From IMG/VR virus record IMGVR_UViG_2744054517_000003, positions 1 to 64,000 of that record: a stretch of 64,000 nucleotides of DNA; one strand, written 5' to 3'. Both the position numbers and the translations under genes were made by a program. The first letter of the stretch is position 1, and each line of letters opens with the position of its first letter. Source of the DNA: a virus (Duplodnaviria; Caudoviricetes). The notes below the pieces were generated by a model. It saw nothing but the letters and a program-made list of their open reading frames with translations, was not told the origin of the DNA and searched no databases. This document shows, piece after piece, positions 20,219 through 30,833 of the stretch.

Positions 20219-20712
20219 CAGCGCAGCATCCTTTCGAGTTCGATTTCCAGGCGGCGCATGATGAGTTGGTTCATGCCACCTTCAAGGTGCTCCACAGCAA
20301 TATCAAAATAGTGGCGACCTATGAAGCTGCGCGGCTTTGCCATGAACCCAGTTTTGGCAGACGGATCATAGACAAATGAGCCGCCACCATTCCAGTAACC
20401 CGGCACAAAATGTTTCTTCTCAATGGTGTAACCATCATTGACCAATTGTGCATAAGGCAGGTTGGAACCAAGCTCCAGCGTGATCGCGTTGCGGTCTACG
20501 TCCCATTCCCATACGTTGTTATCATCGCCACGGGAAAAGGACTGCCACATGGCCCCGGTGTCGATCAGATCTTGTCGGTCAATTTCATCAATGATTAGAT
20601 TGAGCAGTGTTTCCCCGGCTGCCTCCGCGATGTTACGTAAAATACGTTCCATCCCTTCATCAGCTATCCGACGGAAACGCCGGGCCAGTCCATCGAAATC
20701 ATGCACGGTCAT
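20218..20712 (-). CDS. HK97 gp10-like tail completion protein
   Basis: IDTGAMWQS, LGSNLPYAQLVNDGY, FVPGYW, FIGRHYF motifs. Confidence 0.8.
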   Translation of the reverse strand: MTVHDFDGLARRFRRIADEGMERILRNIAEAAGETLLNLIIDEIDRQDLIDTGAMWQSFSRGDDNNVWEWDVDRNAITLELGSNLPYAQLVNDGYTIEKKHFVPGYWNGGGSFVYDPSAKTGFMAKPRSFIGRHYFDIAVEHLEGGMNQLIMRRLEIELERMLR

Positions 20713-21025
20713 TTCCCTTCACCTCACATGTTACAAGCAGCTCGCGCCAGTAACGACGCCGAATGGAGTCAATCACCAGGTATCTACGGCCTAGCAAAAC
20801 CACTTCGTCACTGAGCTTAATGTCGGCTGCCTTCGGGACTCCTACAGTCTTTTTGACGATGTACATTACTGGTTTAGCATCCGCTTTGGCTTCCGTCGTA
20901 GTTGTCACGACAAAGCATTTTACGTCAGTTATCTTATCGGATTTCCGATCGTCGAACAGGTCATCATCATCCCGCTTTTGACCAACACGATACACGGCCA
21001 ATGGCGTTTTAAAACGGTGGTTCAT
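20699..21025 (-). CDS. head closure/head-tail joining protein (XkdH position)
   Basis: 108 aa; ADIK..D.V...GRRY.V pattern; synteny. Confidence 0.6.
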   Translation of the reverse strand: MNHRFKTPLAVYRVGQKRDDDDLFDDRKSDKITDVKCFVVTTTTEAKADAKPVMYIVKKTVGVPKAADIKLSDEVVLLGRRYLVIDSIRRRYWRELLVTCEVKGNDRA

Positions 21026-21405
21026 AGTACGTATGCGGTGATGTTACCATCATCCGGTCCCGTTTGCTTCTTGACCCACAAGAACAGTATTGCATCCACA
21101 TCTGGATTGCCGGTTGTTTTCCCCTCTACAGCCTGACGGGTGTACGTCCAAGCTCCATCGCTCTCGGACGCATAATTACGCGCCACGGATGCAAGATATT
21201 CCTCACTGTCCTGCAATGCCAATCCCTCCGCCAGCTTGGTCCAAGCCAGCATAATCTGCTTATCAAGTTCGGTCGGGAAGGGAATTGGCAGATACAGTTC
21301 AATACGTACTTGCGCGTCATCAATGCATTGCTGTAGCAGTTCAACCGGTGCCTCTTGGACAGGGGTTACTCGACTACGCTGTTGGAGTATTGTTGGCGTC
21401 AGCAT
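21022..21405 (-). CDS. head-tail adaptor, YqbG/DUF3199-like
   Basis: MLTP..., I.DAQ.RIE.Y, SES.GAWTYT; start taken at MLTPT. Confidence 0.65.
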   Translation of the reverse strand: MLTPTILQQRSRVTPVQEAPVELLQQCIDDAQVRIELYLPIPFPTELDKQIMLAWTKLAEGLALQDSEEYLASVARNYASESDGAWTYTRQAVEGKTTGNPDVDAILFLWVKKQTGPDDGNITAYVL

Positions 21406-21736
21406 TTTTACCGTCAGCCCCTTCAGATTTCGCCGGATCACCTGCAGGTGGCGTATTGTCGGTAGGTTTGCCTCCACCGCGTAGCGCAGTGATCAGATCC
21501 TGTGTATTCATGTTGCTAAATCCCTTAATCCCGGCAGCCTTAGCCTTATCTTTAAGCTGGATTAACGTAAGGTCTTCCAACGGAATAACCTTTTCTTCCT
21601 TGATATCAAAATCCGAGCGTTCACGAAAATTTTTAATGACAGATTCACTATCAACCAGCACTGGAACCTTGGCCAGGAAGCGGATGCCATAAAGCATCAA
21701 AGAGGTGTTTTCTCCCCGGTACGTGATATATGCCAT
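21374..21736 (-). CDS. post-capsid protein with Rho-N/HeH-like motif
   Basis: LEDLTLIQLKDKAKAAGIKGFSNMNTQDLITAL. Confidence 0.65.
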   Translation of the reverse strand: MAYITYRGENTSLMLYGIRFLAKVPVLVDSESVIKNFRERSDFDIKEEKVIPLEDLTLIQLKDKAKAAGIKGFSNMNTQDLITALRGGGKPTDNTPPAGDPAKSEGADGKNADANNTPTA

Positions 21737-22668
21737 CAGAACGTCACCCCTTCGACATATGCAACTGCCCCCGGCTCTTCAAAGATAGAGTCAAAATCCG
21801 AATGGATAGCGTAGAATCGCTTGTCTGCATAGATGGCTTCTCTGCCCTCAGTAGTTTTACGAATCTGCATGTCATAGGTGTTAACCAACGCAAAGTTATC
21901 GTGATAAGTGAACAACACAGCACCCTCTGGCATATGTGCGACTTCAACCACATCGTAACTATTGATTTTCTTCACACCACCAGTAATTTGCAACTGAATA
22001 GATGCGCTGGTGTCTTTCTCAGCCAGCGCCTGAATACGCTCACTAAATGTGTTTGGGTGCATGAAATATTTGAACACACCACCTGTGCGCAAGCGAGTAG
22101 GAATTGCACGCTCGATCTCGAAGAAGACGCCTTTTTTCTTTACATCAGGAAGCGTCGTCCAGTCAATGAAGTTGCCCTTGGTCTTCGCCAACTTGAGCCA
22201 TCCGTCATTGATGCTGAGGAAAGCATAATCAGGGTCCGTATTCGGCGTAGCAGTATCCCCGTTGAACCCAATGTCCTGCATGTTATCACCATAGTTTTTG
22301 GTCATGGCCGCCATGATGATTTCCTCGGCATTCTGCCCGCGTACCCGTTGAGTCTGACGGATGAACTCCTCCGTGATTTCAAAAGGAAGAACTACTGGAG
22401 CCACAGCATAAGGGACCTGTGGAAAAGTAGGTGCAGCCGTATTGGTGGCCTCCTTATTTTCCACTTTACTGCGAAGGTTACGGCCAGTCACACCGATTTT
22501 GTCAATTGTACCTTTAGAGCTGATCTTGTTAACCGTGCGAATCCCCTTTAAAAACTCCGTAGATTCATAAGCCATTTCGGTAAACTTGTCCACCTGCTCA
22601 TAGTTCAGGGCTGTTTGATCCAGCGTGCTCGTAATGGTGGATTTGATAATTTGTCCGTTTGTTCTCAT
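21736..22668 (-). CDS. xkdG: major capsid protein, XkdG-like
   Basis: L..EQ..KF, IDKIG...R.LR, GFNGDT, FL.INDGWLKLA motifs. Confidence 0.85.
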   Translation of the reverse strand: MRTNGQIIKSTITSTLDQTALNYEQVDKFTEMAYESTEFLKGIRTVNKISSKGTIDKIGVTGRNLRSKVENKEATNTAAPTFPQVPYAVAPVVLPFEITEEFIRQTQRVRGQNAEEIIMAAMTKNYGDNMQDIGFNGDTATPNTDPDYAFLSINDGWLKLAKTKGNFIDWTTLPDVKKKGVFFEIERAIPTRLRTGGVFKYFMHPNTFSERIQALAEKDTSASIQLQITGGVKKINSYDVVEVAHMPEGAVLFTYHDNFALVNTYDMQIRKTTEGREAIYADKRFYAIHSDFDSIFEEPGAVAYVEGVTF

Positions 22669-22686
22669 ATTTATCTCCCCTTTCGA

Positions 22687-23944
22687 TTACAGAAGGCCGC
22701 CGAAGCTCACGCCCGCCGACTTCTGAATATCATCTTCTCCAGTACCACCTTGAACGGAACCACCACGGCTGTTCTTTACAACTTGTACGTCAGTAGCCAA
22801 TGCTTGGACCTGCTCAGTTAGCGGTGCTAGTGCCTTAGTAATCGCGTCAGTCAGCGCGTTTGCTTGCGGTTCAGCAGGTGGTTCTGTTCCCGCTGGCTGC
22901 CCTGGCTCTTCCCCTTCTTGTTTCTTTAATTCAGTAACCTGCGTCGACAGTGCTTCTACCTGCTTGGCGATTGGAGCCACGGCAGCCTGTACAGCCTTAG
23001 CAATATCTTCAGTGTTCAAATCGTCTTCCTCCTCGTTCCCCTCATCTTTTTCAGGGGCGGTTTTTGTTTTTAATTCGGTCAGTGCAGCAATGGCATCATC
23101 AATGTGTTTCATATTGCCGTCAGAAATCTTTTTGCCAGCCCTGGCAATCTGCTCAGGCGGTTTTCCCATCGCCTTCACAATGTCCTCTTGAATCAAAACG
23201 GTTTGAGCAATGTCAACGAAATCCTGTAAGGCTTCCCGGATCGTGTCCGGATCGGTTTCCATTCCACTGTTCCAACTGTCCCAATTAAAAAGGATCGTGT
23301 TGAGCGCATCCTGTGCAGCCCAAAATTCGCGACTCGGTCGGCCTCTGTTGTACTTATCAGCAACAGCACCTTTGGCAATCTTCTCTCCAGCAAAAAATGA
23401 TTTCATGACATTAAAAAAAGCCTGTTACCTCATCATTAGACTTGGCAGCAGACTTCTGTTGTTTTTCAATGGTTTCAGCAGTGCCAGCCATAGAGTAGCC
23501 AGTCACCTCCTCGCTCTGAATCTTATCCCAAATCTCATCACTCGCTTTCGTGACAAGCACCCAGGAACCTTTCTTGATCGTCTCTTCTCCCATTTCAAAA
23601 TCTAAGGAGCAACATAACATTCGACCACATCCCCAACGCCTGGATCAAAGTCATGTTGTGTGTCCATAACCGCACCTTTAGCAATAGCCAGATTGGACAT
23701 GAAACCATGCACAGCCTTTTCTATTTCATCGGCGGTCATCATGTCTCCATGTGTGTCTTCGACGTCTGGCTCATATACCACACCGTAAACCAGTTGTTTT
23801 GGGTCGTCAGCTTTGGTAATTAAACGAACCTGCTTTTCAAAGTCCGGTTTCTTCGTACTTTTTGTGAAAAAGAACCGCTTTTGATTTGCTCCTTTGTCCA
23901 CATGTAATGTGGGTAATGTTTGCATTTTGCAGCTTTCGCACCAT
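22687..23944 (-). pseudogene. xkdF: XkdF-like prohead protease/scaffold, frameshifted into several pieces
   Basis: VDKGAN, VYGVVYEPD..DTHGD, DTQHDF, IKKGSWV, TGYSMAG and the scaffold tail are split across ORFs 23602-23967, 23411-23620 and 22687-23406. Confidence 0.85.
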
Positions 23945-24044
23945 GTTGTTTGTTCACCCCCTCTCAAAATTTATATTGAATAAACAAAAGACCGTCCCAA
24001 AATGGAACGATCTCTTTTTGTTCAAGTAAAAGAAGTGATCAAAT

Positions 24045-24604
24045 TTACACTCCCCAAATATGCTCAATTTGACTACTTCCATCCGGCATTGTTTCAATGT
24101 AGTACACATCTGGGTTTGTCATTGTTAGGAATGTCTCGTAAGCAGATTTATGACCAAATTCTTGTAGCAGTAAAGAAAGTGTCAATCTGTGGAAACAATG
24201 ATTTTTACAGACCCATTATTTAAATATGGTTGATCGAGGAATTTTTTGACCCGCAAAGTTACATCAAGATTTGACTCTCCCCCAGGGAATGACATTTCCG
24301 GATGCTCAAACTGCTCCTTGATTCTTCTCAAACGTTCCTCATCTGATAAATCACTAGTATTACCGAGATTTCGCTCAACTAATAGCACTTCTTTTTTTAT
24401 ATCTAAATTCATTGTTTTACCTATTTCCTCTGCAGTTTGAAACGCCCTGCAAAAAGGGCTAGTTATTAGCTGAATTTCTTGATCAACAATTTTTGTGTTT
24501 AAAAAGGAGGCAAGTTGTTTGGCTTGTTGAATACCTTCTTCTGTTAAAGGATCTTTAGCTTCATTCCCCTTTGCTTTACCGTGCCGTACAAAATAAAAAA
24601 TCAT
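24045..24604 (-). pseudogene. histidine phosphatase family protein, frameshifted near C-terminus
   Basis: YFVRHG, TSPF.RA.QTA, L.ERNLG, FPGGES; IIVS-H continues in another frame (HRLTLSLLL...MTNPDVY). Confidence 0.75.
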
Positions 24605-24608
24605 TTTC

Positions 24609-25661
24609 TTATACCGGTACGAGCGTAGAAACACCAACTTCTTCGAAAGCATTTTTTACAACAGATACAGTTTCTCGAGGCAATTCACCACGATTTACTA
24701 ATGTCTCAGCAGATTCTAAAATAGCTTGTAAGGCCTCTTTAAAAGTTGCATGTGGATGAATGATTGTTCGGTTATGCCACGCTGTATACCATAAAAAGGC
24801 TGCCTTGTCAGTCCCAATCTTAATTGCTGTGAGGTAAAAAGCCTTATTAGGGATACCACTATAATAGTGTACACCTCCGTTATCATCATCTAATGGTAGA
24901 TCGGGATCAAAATCATTGAAGTGTGCTACTTGTCTATCTCCATTGTATGCTGTTCCTGGTGCCCTCATTGATCGTAGGGCCTTCCCAGGCCACTCTGGAC
25001 CAACTATTTCATCGCCAATAAGCCAATCTGCTGTATCTGCAGTCTGGCCTTTTACAAACTGCTGAACAGCAGAACCAATTACATCAGAGAAATGCTCGTT
25101 CAATGCTCCTGATTGTCTCTCATATTCAAGTTCATTAACAAACTGGGTTACTCCGTGAGCTATTTCGTGTGCAACGACATCAATACTTCTTCCTAAATTA
25201 ATGAAAGCTCTACCATCACCATCTCCCAGAGCTAATTGATCACCGACCCAAATCGCGTTATTATAATTTCTTCTGAAATGGACATTACTAATAACATCCA
25301 TACCAACTCCGTCAATAGAATTCCTATTTAATTTCTGTTTGAAATACTCTAAAGTTTTTCCACAGTAATCATAGGAAATGTTTACCACATCATCCGTAGA
25401 AGAAGATCCCCCTTCTTGACGAACCAACTTACGTTGAAACTCTCCTGTATTCTCACTATCATATACAAATCGCTTTGGTGGTCTCCCACTAATTTCCATT
25501 ATATTTCTTTCTGTTAAATTTTTTTTTACTTCAGTTCTCTTTTCTTCAATTTCTTTCGTCACCGCAAGGGTTTTCTCTGCATTTTCATTTCCTTTCTCCG
25601 CTAATTCTTTAAGCAGGTAATTCGGAATAAATCCTTCTTCATGTTTGTGATCTCCACTCAT
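24609..25661 (-). CDS. M4 metalloprotease, protealysin-like
   Basis: short propeptide FIPNYLLKELA, NNAIW, HEIAH, QSGALNEHFSD, DNGGVH..SGIPNKAFY; no signal peptide. Confidence 0.9.
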   Translation of the reverse strand: MSGDHKHEEGFIPNYLLKELAEKGNENAEKTLAVTKEIEEKRTEVKKNLTERNIMEISGRPPKRFVYDSENTGEFQRKLVRQEGGSSSTDDVVNISYDYCGKTLEYFKQKLNRNSIDGVGMDVISNVHFRRNYNNAIWVGDQLALGDGDGRAFINLGRSIDVVAHEIAHGVTQFVNELEYERQSGALNEHFSDVIGSAVQQFVKGQTADTADWLIGDEIVGPEWPGKALRSMRAPGTAYNGDRQVAHFNDFDPDLPLDDDNGGVHYYSGIPNKAFYLTAIKIGTDKAAFLWYTAWHNRTIIHPHATFKEALQAILESAETLVNRGELPRETVSVVKNAFEEVGVSTLVPV

Positions 25662-25815
25662 ATTAAATGCCCCTTTTTTCAGAATACTAACAAAACTAAT
25701 TTGTGAAAAAGGAGTTTATTTAAAACAGAAAATAAATACCAAATAAACATATATTTTAAATTAATGATTATGATTTTAATTGTAATAATTATATATTTAC
25801 TCAGACCCACGAATC

Positions 25816-26646
25816 TTAACCTAGTACCAATTGCATCGTGCAGCGGCAGTTTACAATTTCTTTTGCCTCACCTGACGGATCGCCCGGATACATCAGCTTG
25901 CTTGATCCGACCTTAAAAGGCTTGTCCAGATCAACGATCTGACCATTAGCCTTGCGGTGCGACTTTCGAGTCCGAGTGCCAGCAGCGGATCGCCATTTCT
26001 TGCCCTTAGCAATTTCGGATTTCTTCCAGCCCTCCAGCTTGCCGCCATTGGCCGCTGCGGTGCTCATGGTACGTGATACCCGCTGCGCACGCTGCATACT
26101 AAATGGGCCATCTTCCCCGCTGGCAGCCTGCGCGCTGACTTCCTGTACAAGCAAAGCCCGCTCTGAAGGTGTAGCTCCTTCCTCAATGGCTTTGCTGAAG
26201 CTACGTAGCAACACATCCGTAGAAGCTTTGTTCATGTCCGGTACCAGCTTCTTGAGCTTTTTGGAAAAACGGCCAGCGGCCTTGTTCCCTGTGCTCCATA
26301 CCTTTTCCTTGCCCAGTGCCATCAGTTCCGTTTCACCGACCAAGTGAAACAATGGCTCAAATGCTTCCTGCACCGCCTGCTCGAATAGCTCCGCGAATAC
26401 ATCCGTGGTATGCAAAGCGATAAGCACCTTACCCAGTTCCCCGATATCGCCCAGGGCATCCTCGCTTAGTTCTGAAATGGCATCATGAAGGGCTTGCCCC
26501 TGTAGCTCCAAAATCTCAATGATCTTTTCCTCGCCCTGCTTGTACAATTCCTCAAGTACCTTACGCTCAACATAGCTCAGCTCAAGGCTATCAAGAAATT
26601 CGTCATCGTCGGCTTTGGCGATCAGCGCCAAACAGGACTCACACAT
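25816..26646 (-). CDS. phage minor head/head morphogenesis protein (Mu gpF-like)
   Basis: RA.R.SRT, K.W......RTR.SH..ANGQ, MYPGDP....EIVNCRCT. Confidence 0.85.
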   Translation of the reverse strand: MCESCLALIAKADDDEFLDSLELSYVERKVLEELYKQGEEKIIEILELQGQALHDAISELSEDALGDIGELGKVLIALHTTDVFAELFEQAVQEAFEPLFHLVGETELMALGKEKVWSTGNKAAGRFSKKLKKLVPDMNKASTDVLLRSFSKAIEEGATPSERALLVQEVSAQAASGEDGPFSMQRAQRVSRTMSTAAANGGKLEGWKKSEIAKGKKWRSAAGTRTRKSHRKANGQIVDLDKPFKVGSSKLMYPGDPSGEAKEIVNCRCTMQLVLG

Positions 26647-28135
26647 GCAAAGCTGCCTCCTTGTCAGCCTGTTTTAACAAGCGTTTGGCAATTGTAGCTA
26701 TACGATTTTGCATGTCGTCTGTGTCCGTGTCTGGCTCTGGTTCAAGCAATGTGGGCTGACTGGCTGCAAGCTGCGCAATCGGCGTATCCAGATATTCCTC
26801 GCTGAACTTGGTCTCATCAATCGTTGTGCCAAGTACATCCTCGGCAATCGGAATCAGATCCCGCACCAGCATAATGCCCCGGTCAGCGATAAAGTCCAGC
26901 ATAGCTTTGCGATCCGCAGGGGCAATGATCTTCGGCCCTCTCAACACGGCACGCACTCGGAAAATATCCATAGCCGGGAACAGGCGTTTATTAAATATCT
27001 CTGCCATAATCCACTTGCGGTATGGCTCAAAAACCTGTTCCTCAGCGAACCGTAACGCAGCGTCGGCGGTCGCCCTATTGTAATCCGAGCTTTGACCGAC
27101 CAAGATCGGCGGCAACCGGAAGGCAGACAAGATATCAGTCTTCTTTTCCTTGCCATACTCCAGAAAGAGCGCGTCTTGTTGTAACAGGTCATTAAGCTTG
27201 TCCAACTTGATCTGCACTTTTTCAACCTTTTCATCCATCGGGCCGCCTGTTTCTTCCCCTTTTGCCTCCAGATAGAGAATACCGCCCTGTGAGTCGGAGC
27301 CTTTCACATTTTTAAGCAGTTCCAGAGATTACTTGGTCAGCTTGCCGTTGGTAACAGTCAAGAGCATGGACAGCATCCGTCCGTTGCTAAAGTAATTCAC
27401 ATTCAATTCCTCAGCTTCTCGGCTGCCGACTACACCAGGCGCATTGCCGAACCAGCGCGGCTCCCCATAGGGGCCGTCATGACCGATGCGAAGAGGGATG
27501 ATCTGATTTTCTTCCCTACCTCCCTCTGCCTCCGTCCCAAACAGTCGGAACCACACGACAGATGTATTGCGCTTCATAGCATAGCGTCGGGTGTAAAGCT
27601 CCTGTGAAAACTCTTCTACTTGCTTTGTGGAGCTGATACGCCGCTTGCGTTTGATAGTCGCCTTGTTACTTTCCTTCGTACAGCGGACATATTTCGGTTT
27701 CATTCGGAAAAGGGTCGGGAACTCCGAACCTACAGGCCAAGCTACCTCGACATGAGCCATCCCCGTACTTTCCAAATCGTCAATCAACTGGCTGATGATT
27801 TCGTCCGGGGTATCCTCCAGATTGCAAGTTTCAAGGAACTTTTCGGCTTTGTTCCATTCATCCAGTGCAGTTTCGTCGCTCTCTCCTGGCAAATACTCTA
27901 AGGCAATGCCATAACCGGCTATGTTACGCTTGTACGCCTCAATGCACTGAGGTATGATATTTGAGTTTTTGACCAGCAGCTTACAGGAAGCAGGGTCATT
28001 ACCGAGTGCAAAGGGTAACAGACCGTGAAGATCGTACAGATCGTCAAATAAATCCGGCAATTGAGCACTGGACGGTATATGCCGTTCGTCGTCTGCTTTG
28101 CTGATCTGAAACCATTGTGCATTTCCTTCACTCAT
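26639..28135 (-). pseudogene. portal protein (PBSX XkdE-like) interrupted by an in-frame TAA
   Basis: ORFs 27329-28135 and 26639-27307 are in the same frame, separated by TAA plus 7 sense codons; YGEPRW, YFSNGR, ILSAFRLPPILVG...YNRATA. Confidence 0.85.
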
Positions 28136-28138
28136 TGT

Positions 28139-29824
28139 TTAAATCCACCCCACTTCCTCGTTGTAATCATCACGGGACTCTGCCCGCTGCTGCTGTTTCT
28201 TCTTAAACCATTCAAACCATTTATCAGCCACCTGACGGACCTGCAACGCAATGGAATACGCCAAGATTCTGTCATCATGGCACCCGCTATCTGCCTCAGC
28301 TCTTCCATTCTTGTCTATTAACGTCATGCACTCACTGTACAGTTCGGGGCAGTAGATATCATAGAGCTGGTCCCGGATCGCTTCCTTGAAATCGCTGATC
28401 ATCACTGGGCGCGTTGCCTGGTTGGTGTTCCAGCCCAAACTCTTCTTATGCATAAACAACAGCGGGTAATGACAAGTATTGAACAGCGTATTCAGCACGG
28501 ATTCCCCAGTGTTGTTGTTCTCCACGGCCAACAGTGCCGTGTTGTAATACAAACCAAGCGTGTTCAGCTTTTTACCATACAAATCGGTGTCCCATTTGCC
28601 ATGCAGAGCCGCGCACATTTCCCCTGTGCGCTCCTCAATGACGTAAGCAGCATCATAGTCCCCGTCTTCCTTACCCTTGGCTGTATCGGCAGCCAGCACG
28701 TACCGTTTACCTCGTTCTGGCTGTCGATAAATAACCAGTTCACCAGCATTCGTTGGGATGATCTTGTTTTTAACAAATTCAATCTCGTAGTGATTGCCAA
28801 TGATACTGATTCCATCCCGCAACTGCTTGATGAATTTGTTATCGAAGATACCTTCACCAGATAACAGAAAGGCATCGTCGGGCTCAGAAGGATACTCCTG
28901 GTCAAACTGCCGCGGATCGCCACCGCAGTCGTTCCGAATGGTATACCGCCGCCACTGCAATTGTTCATCGTCCAGACCATATTTGGCTCTCAGCTCTCGT
29001 TCTTCTTCCGTCAGTTCACAACCTGGAGGTACCGGCTTTCGGTAATCAGGCATTTCAAACCACGCAAAAAAGAGCGGAGTAAAATCATTCTCGCCCTTAA
29101 CGGCTGCATCCCACATTTTTTTGAACTCTTCCATGCCATTGGCGGTAGATTCGATCACACCCAAACTACCTGGCTCTTTTGACAGAGCTGCCAGCAAGGA
29201 CAATAGATGCTTCTTTTTCTTCTTGGCTGGCCAGAATGCCACCTCTGAAGCATGTAGGTAATGGATCGTGTCCGAACGGGCAAGCACCCGGCTTTCCGCA
29301 GTCTGTACAGTGATCTTCGATTTGAGCCCCGGATTCTTACGGCGGTCAGCCGTTCGAATCGTTGGATTTTCGAAGGTGAGTTTCTTTGCATTGTTCTTTC
29401 GACTCATTGGTTTGATGATTGCCGGCACCTTTTCATAATAGAACTGGAACATATCGTACAAGTTGCTGGAGGCATCAGAAGACTGCGCAACGATAAATGC
29501 GTTCTTGGCTTCTTGGAGTGAAGTGAAATAATAGATAAGTGCTTCCGTGACAGTGGAAAAACCCATCTGCCGGGCTTTAAGGATGATAATCCGGACAGGC
29601 TTGCCAGCTTCGATCTGCCTAAATACTTCACGGACAAATGTCCGTTGAGCATCATTGAGCGTCAGCGGCATAATGCGGCCGCTCTTCGTCTTGATCTTCA
29701 AAAAGCGCCAACAAAATCGCTCGAAGTCGGATAAAATCTCTTTCAGTTCATCCAGTTTTTCAGGCCGATCCCTTAGCCGCCGCTTAGCTCTTTTTCGATG
29801 CTCCTTAGCAAGAGTAATTACCAT
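28139..29824 (-). CDS. terminase large subunit
   Basis: IIILKARQMGFST, LHASEVAFW, IESTANG, FDQEYP, ADTA.G...GDY, AVENNN, HDDRILA. Confidence 0.95.
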   Translation of the reverse strand: MVITLAKEHRKRAKRRLRDRPEKLDELKEILSDFERFCWRFLKIKTKSGRIMPLTLNDAQRTFVREVFRQIEAGKPVRIIILKARQMGFSTVTEALIYYFTSLQEAKNAFIVAQSSDASSNLYDMFQFYYEKVPAIIKPMSRKNNAKKLTFENPTIRTADRRKNPGLKSKITVQTAESRVLARSDTIHYLHASEVAFWPAKKKKKHLLSLLAALSKEPGSLGVIESTANGMEEFKKMWDAAVKGENDFTPLFFAWFEMPDYRKPVPPGCELTEEERELRAKYGLDDEQLQWRRYTIRNDCGGDPRQFDQEYPSEPDDAFLLSGEGIFDNKFIKQLRDGISIIGNHYEIEFVKNKIIPTNAGELVIYRQPERGKRYVLAADTAKGKEDGDYDAAYVIEERTGEMCAALHGKWDTDLYGKKLNTLGLYYNTALLAVENNNTGESVLNTLFNTCHYPLLFMHKKSLGWNTNQATRPVMISDFKEAIRDQLYDIYCPELYSECMTLIDKNGRAEADSGCHDDRILAYSIALQVRQVADKWFEWFKKKQQQRAESRDDYNEEVGWI

Positions 29825-30702
29825 TCGTCGTCATCTTCCTCATCGTCTTCGTCGTCTTCATCCCCTTCCGCGCCGCCATAGCCTAACAACTTACGTTTCT
29901 CCAGCTCCAGCCGTTCGCGAGCAATCTCCAGCTTTTCTTCCTCCTGCTGCAAGCTGGCAATAAGGTTAATGACCCGAAGCTTTTTATCACGGGTTTTGAC
30001 CAGTGCTTCTTCCTGTTTCAAAATCTTATCCAGCTTGGAAGTAGTGACGGTCGTAATTTCCGTGACCTTCATCCCTTCGGTTTCAACGGACAGATTGATC
30101 TGCTTCCCTGTTTTAGGGCTAGTGTAAGGAACCTTGTCCTTGCGCTGGTGTAGCTCCTGTTTGATCTTCTTTTCCTCGTCGGTCAGGCCAACTTCAAGCT
30201 GCTTGACTCGGCGCATGTGCCGTCGCTCTTGGATAGACAGCATAATAAGCTGTTCGTTGAGCTGTGCCAAAGGAGAAGTATCAATCTGATCAAACAGCTC
30301 TTGCTCGTCTTCCTCCAAGGCATCCAGAAAGATAGTTTCATACATCCCTGTCTTGAGGGCCTTCTTGTTGCGATAGGGACCACCCGGTCCACCACTATTC
30401 CCCTTGGCGTTTTGGTTACCTGGGGGAGCACCGCCGCGATTGCCAACAGCATTTTTGTTCCCCTTTGGCGCTCCCCTTGGATTAGGAGCGTTCCCTTTCG
30501 TTCCATTTGGAACGTTCCCATTGGAGGAATCAAAAACGTTCCCTTTCAATTGATCCTGCCAGCGGTCCATAGACTTCCATTTGCGTACCCTTCCCTCAGG
30601 AATAGAAAGAGCGGCGGCGATGTCTTTTAGCTTCATCGCTCCGCCGCTCTCTAGCCACATCTGTTTTGCCTCATTCCGCTCAGGACTCCGTTCTCTCGCC
30701 AT
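29818..30702 (-). CDS. terminase small subunit
   Basis: MARERSP.R..A..MW, LKDIA..L....VRKWK..DRW, GAPKGNKNA repeats; upstream of terL. Confidence 0.85.
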   Translation of the reverse strand: MARERSPERNEAKQMWLESGGAMKLKDIAAALSIPEGRVRKWKSMDRWQDQLKGNVFDSSNGNVPNGTKGNAPNPRGAPKGNKNAVGNRGGAPPGNQNAKGNSGGPGGPYRNKKALKTGMYETIFLDALEEDEQELFDQIDTSPLAQLNEQLIMLSIQERRHMRRVKQLEVGLTDEEKKIKQELHQRKDKVPYTSPKTGKQINLSVETEGMKVTEITTVTTSKLDKILKQEEALVKTRDKKLRVINLIASLQQEEEKLEIARERLELEKRKLLGYGGAEGDEDDEDDEEDDDEW

Positions 30703-30833
30703 GTTACACAATCACCACCCCCACGAATGTAAATGATGTGACTTTGAAAAAACAAAGAAGAAAAGCTCCAGACCATATGAAGGTCTGAAGCTCCCCTTGC
30801 TTTCGTTTACAGTATAAAAAATTAATTCAGAAG

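Noticed and set aside
27308-27331. Programmed read-through or recoding of the portal stop
   Set aside because: Single TAA with no recoding signal, and neighbouring genes carry ordinary frameshifts, so decay or sequencing error is simpler
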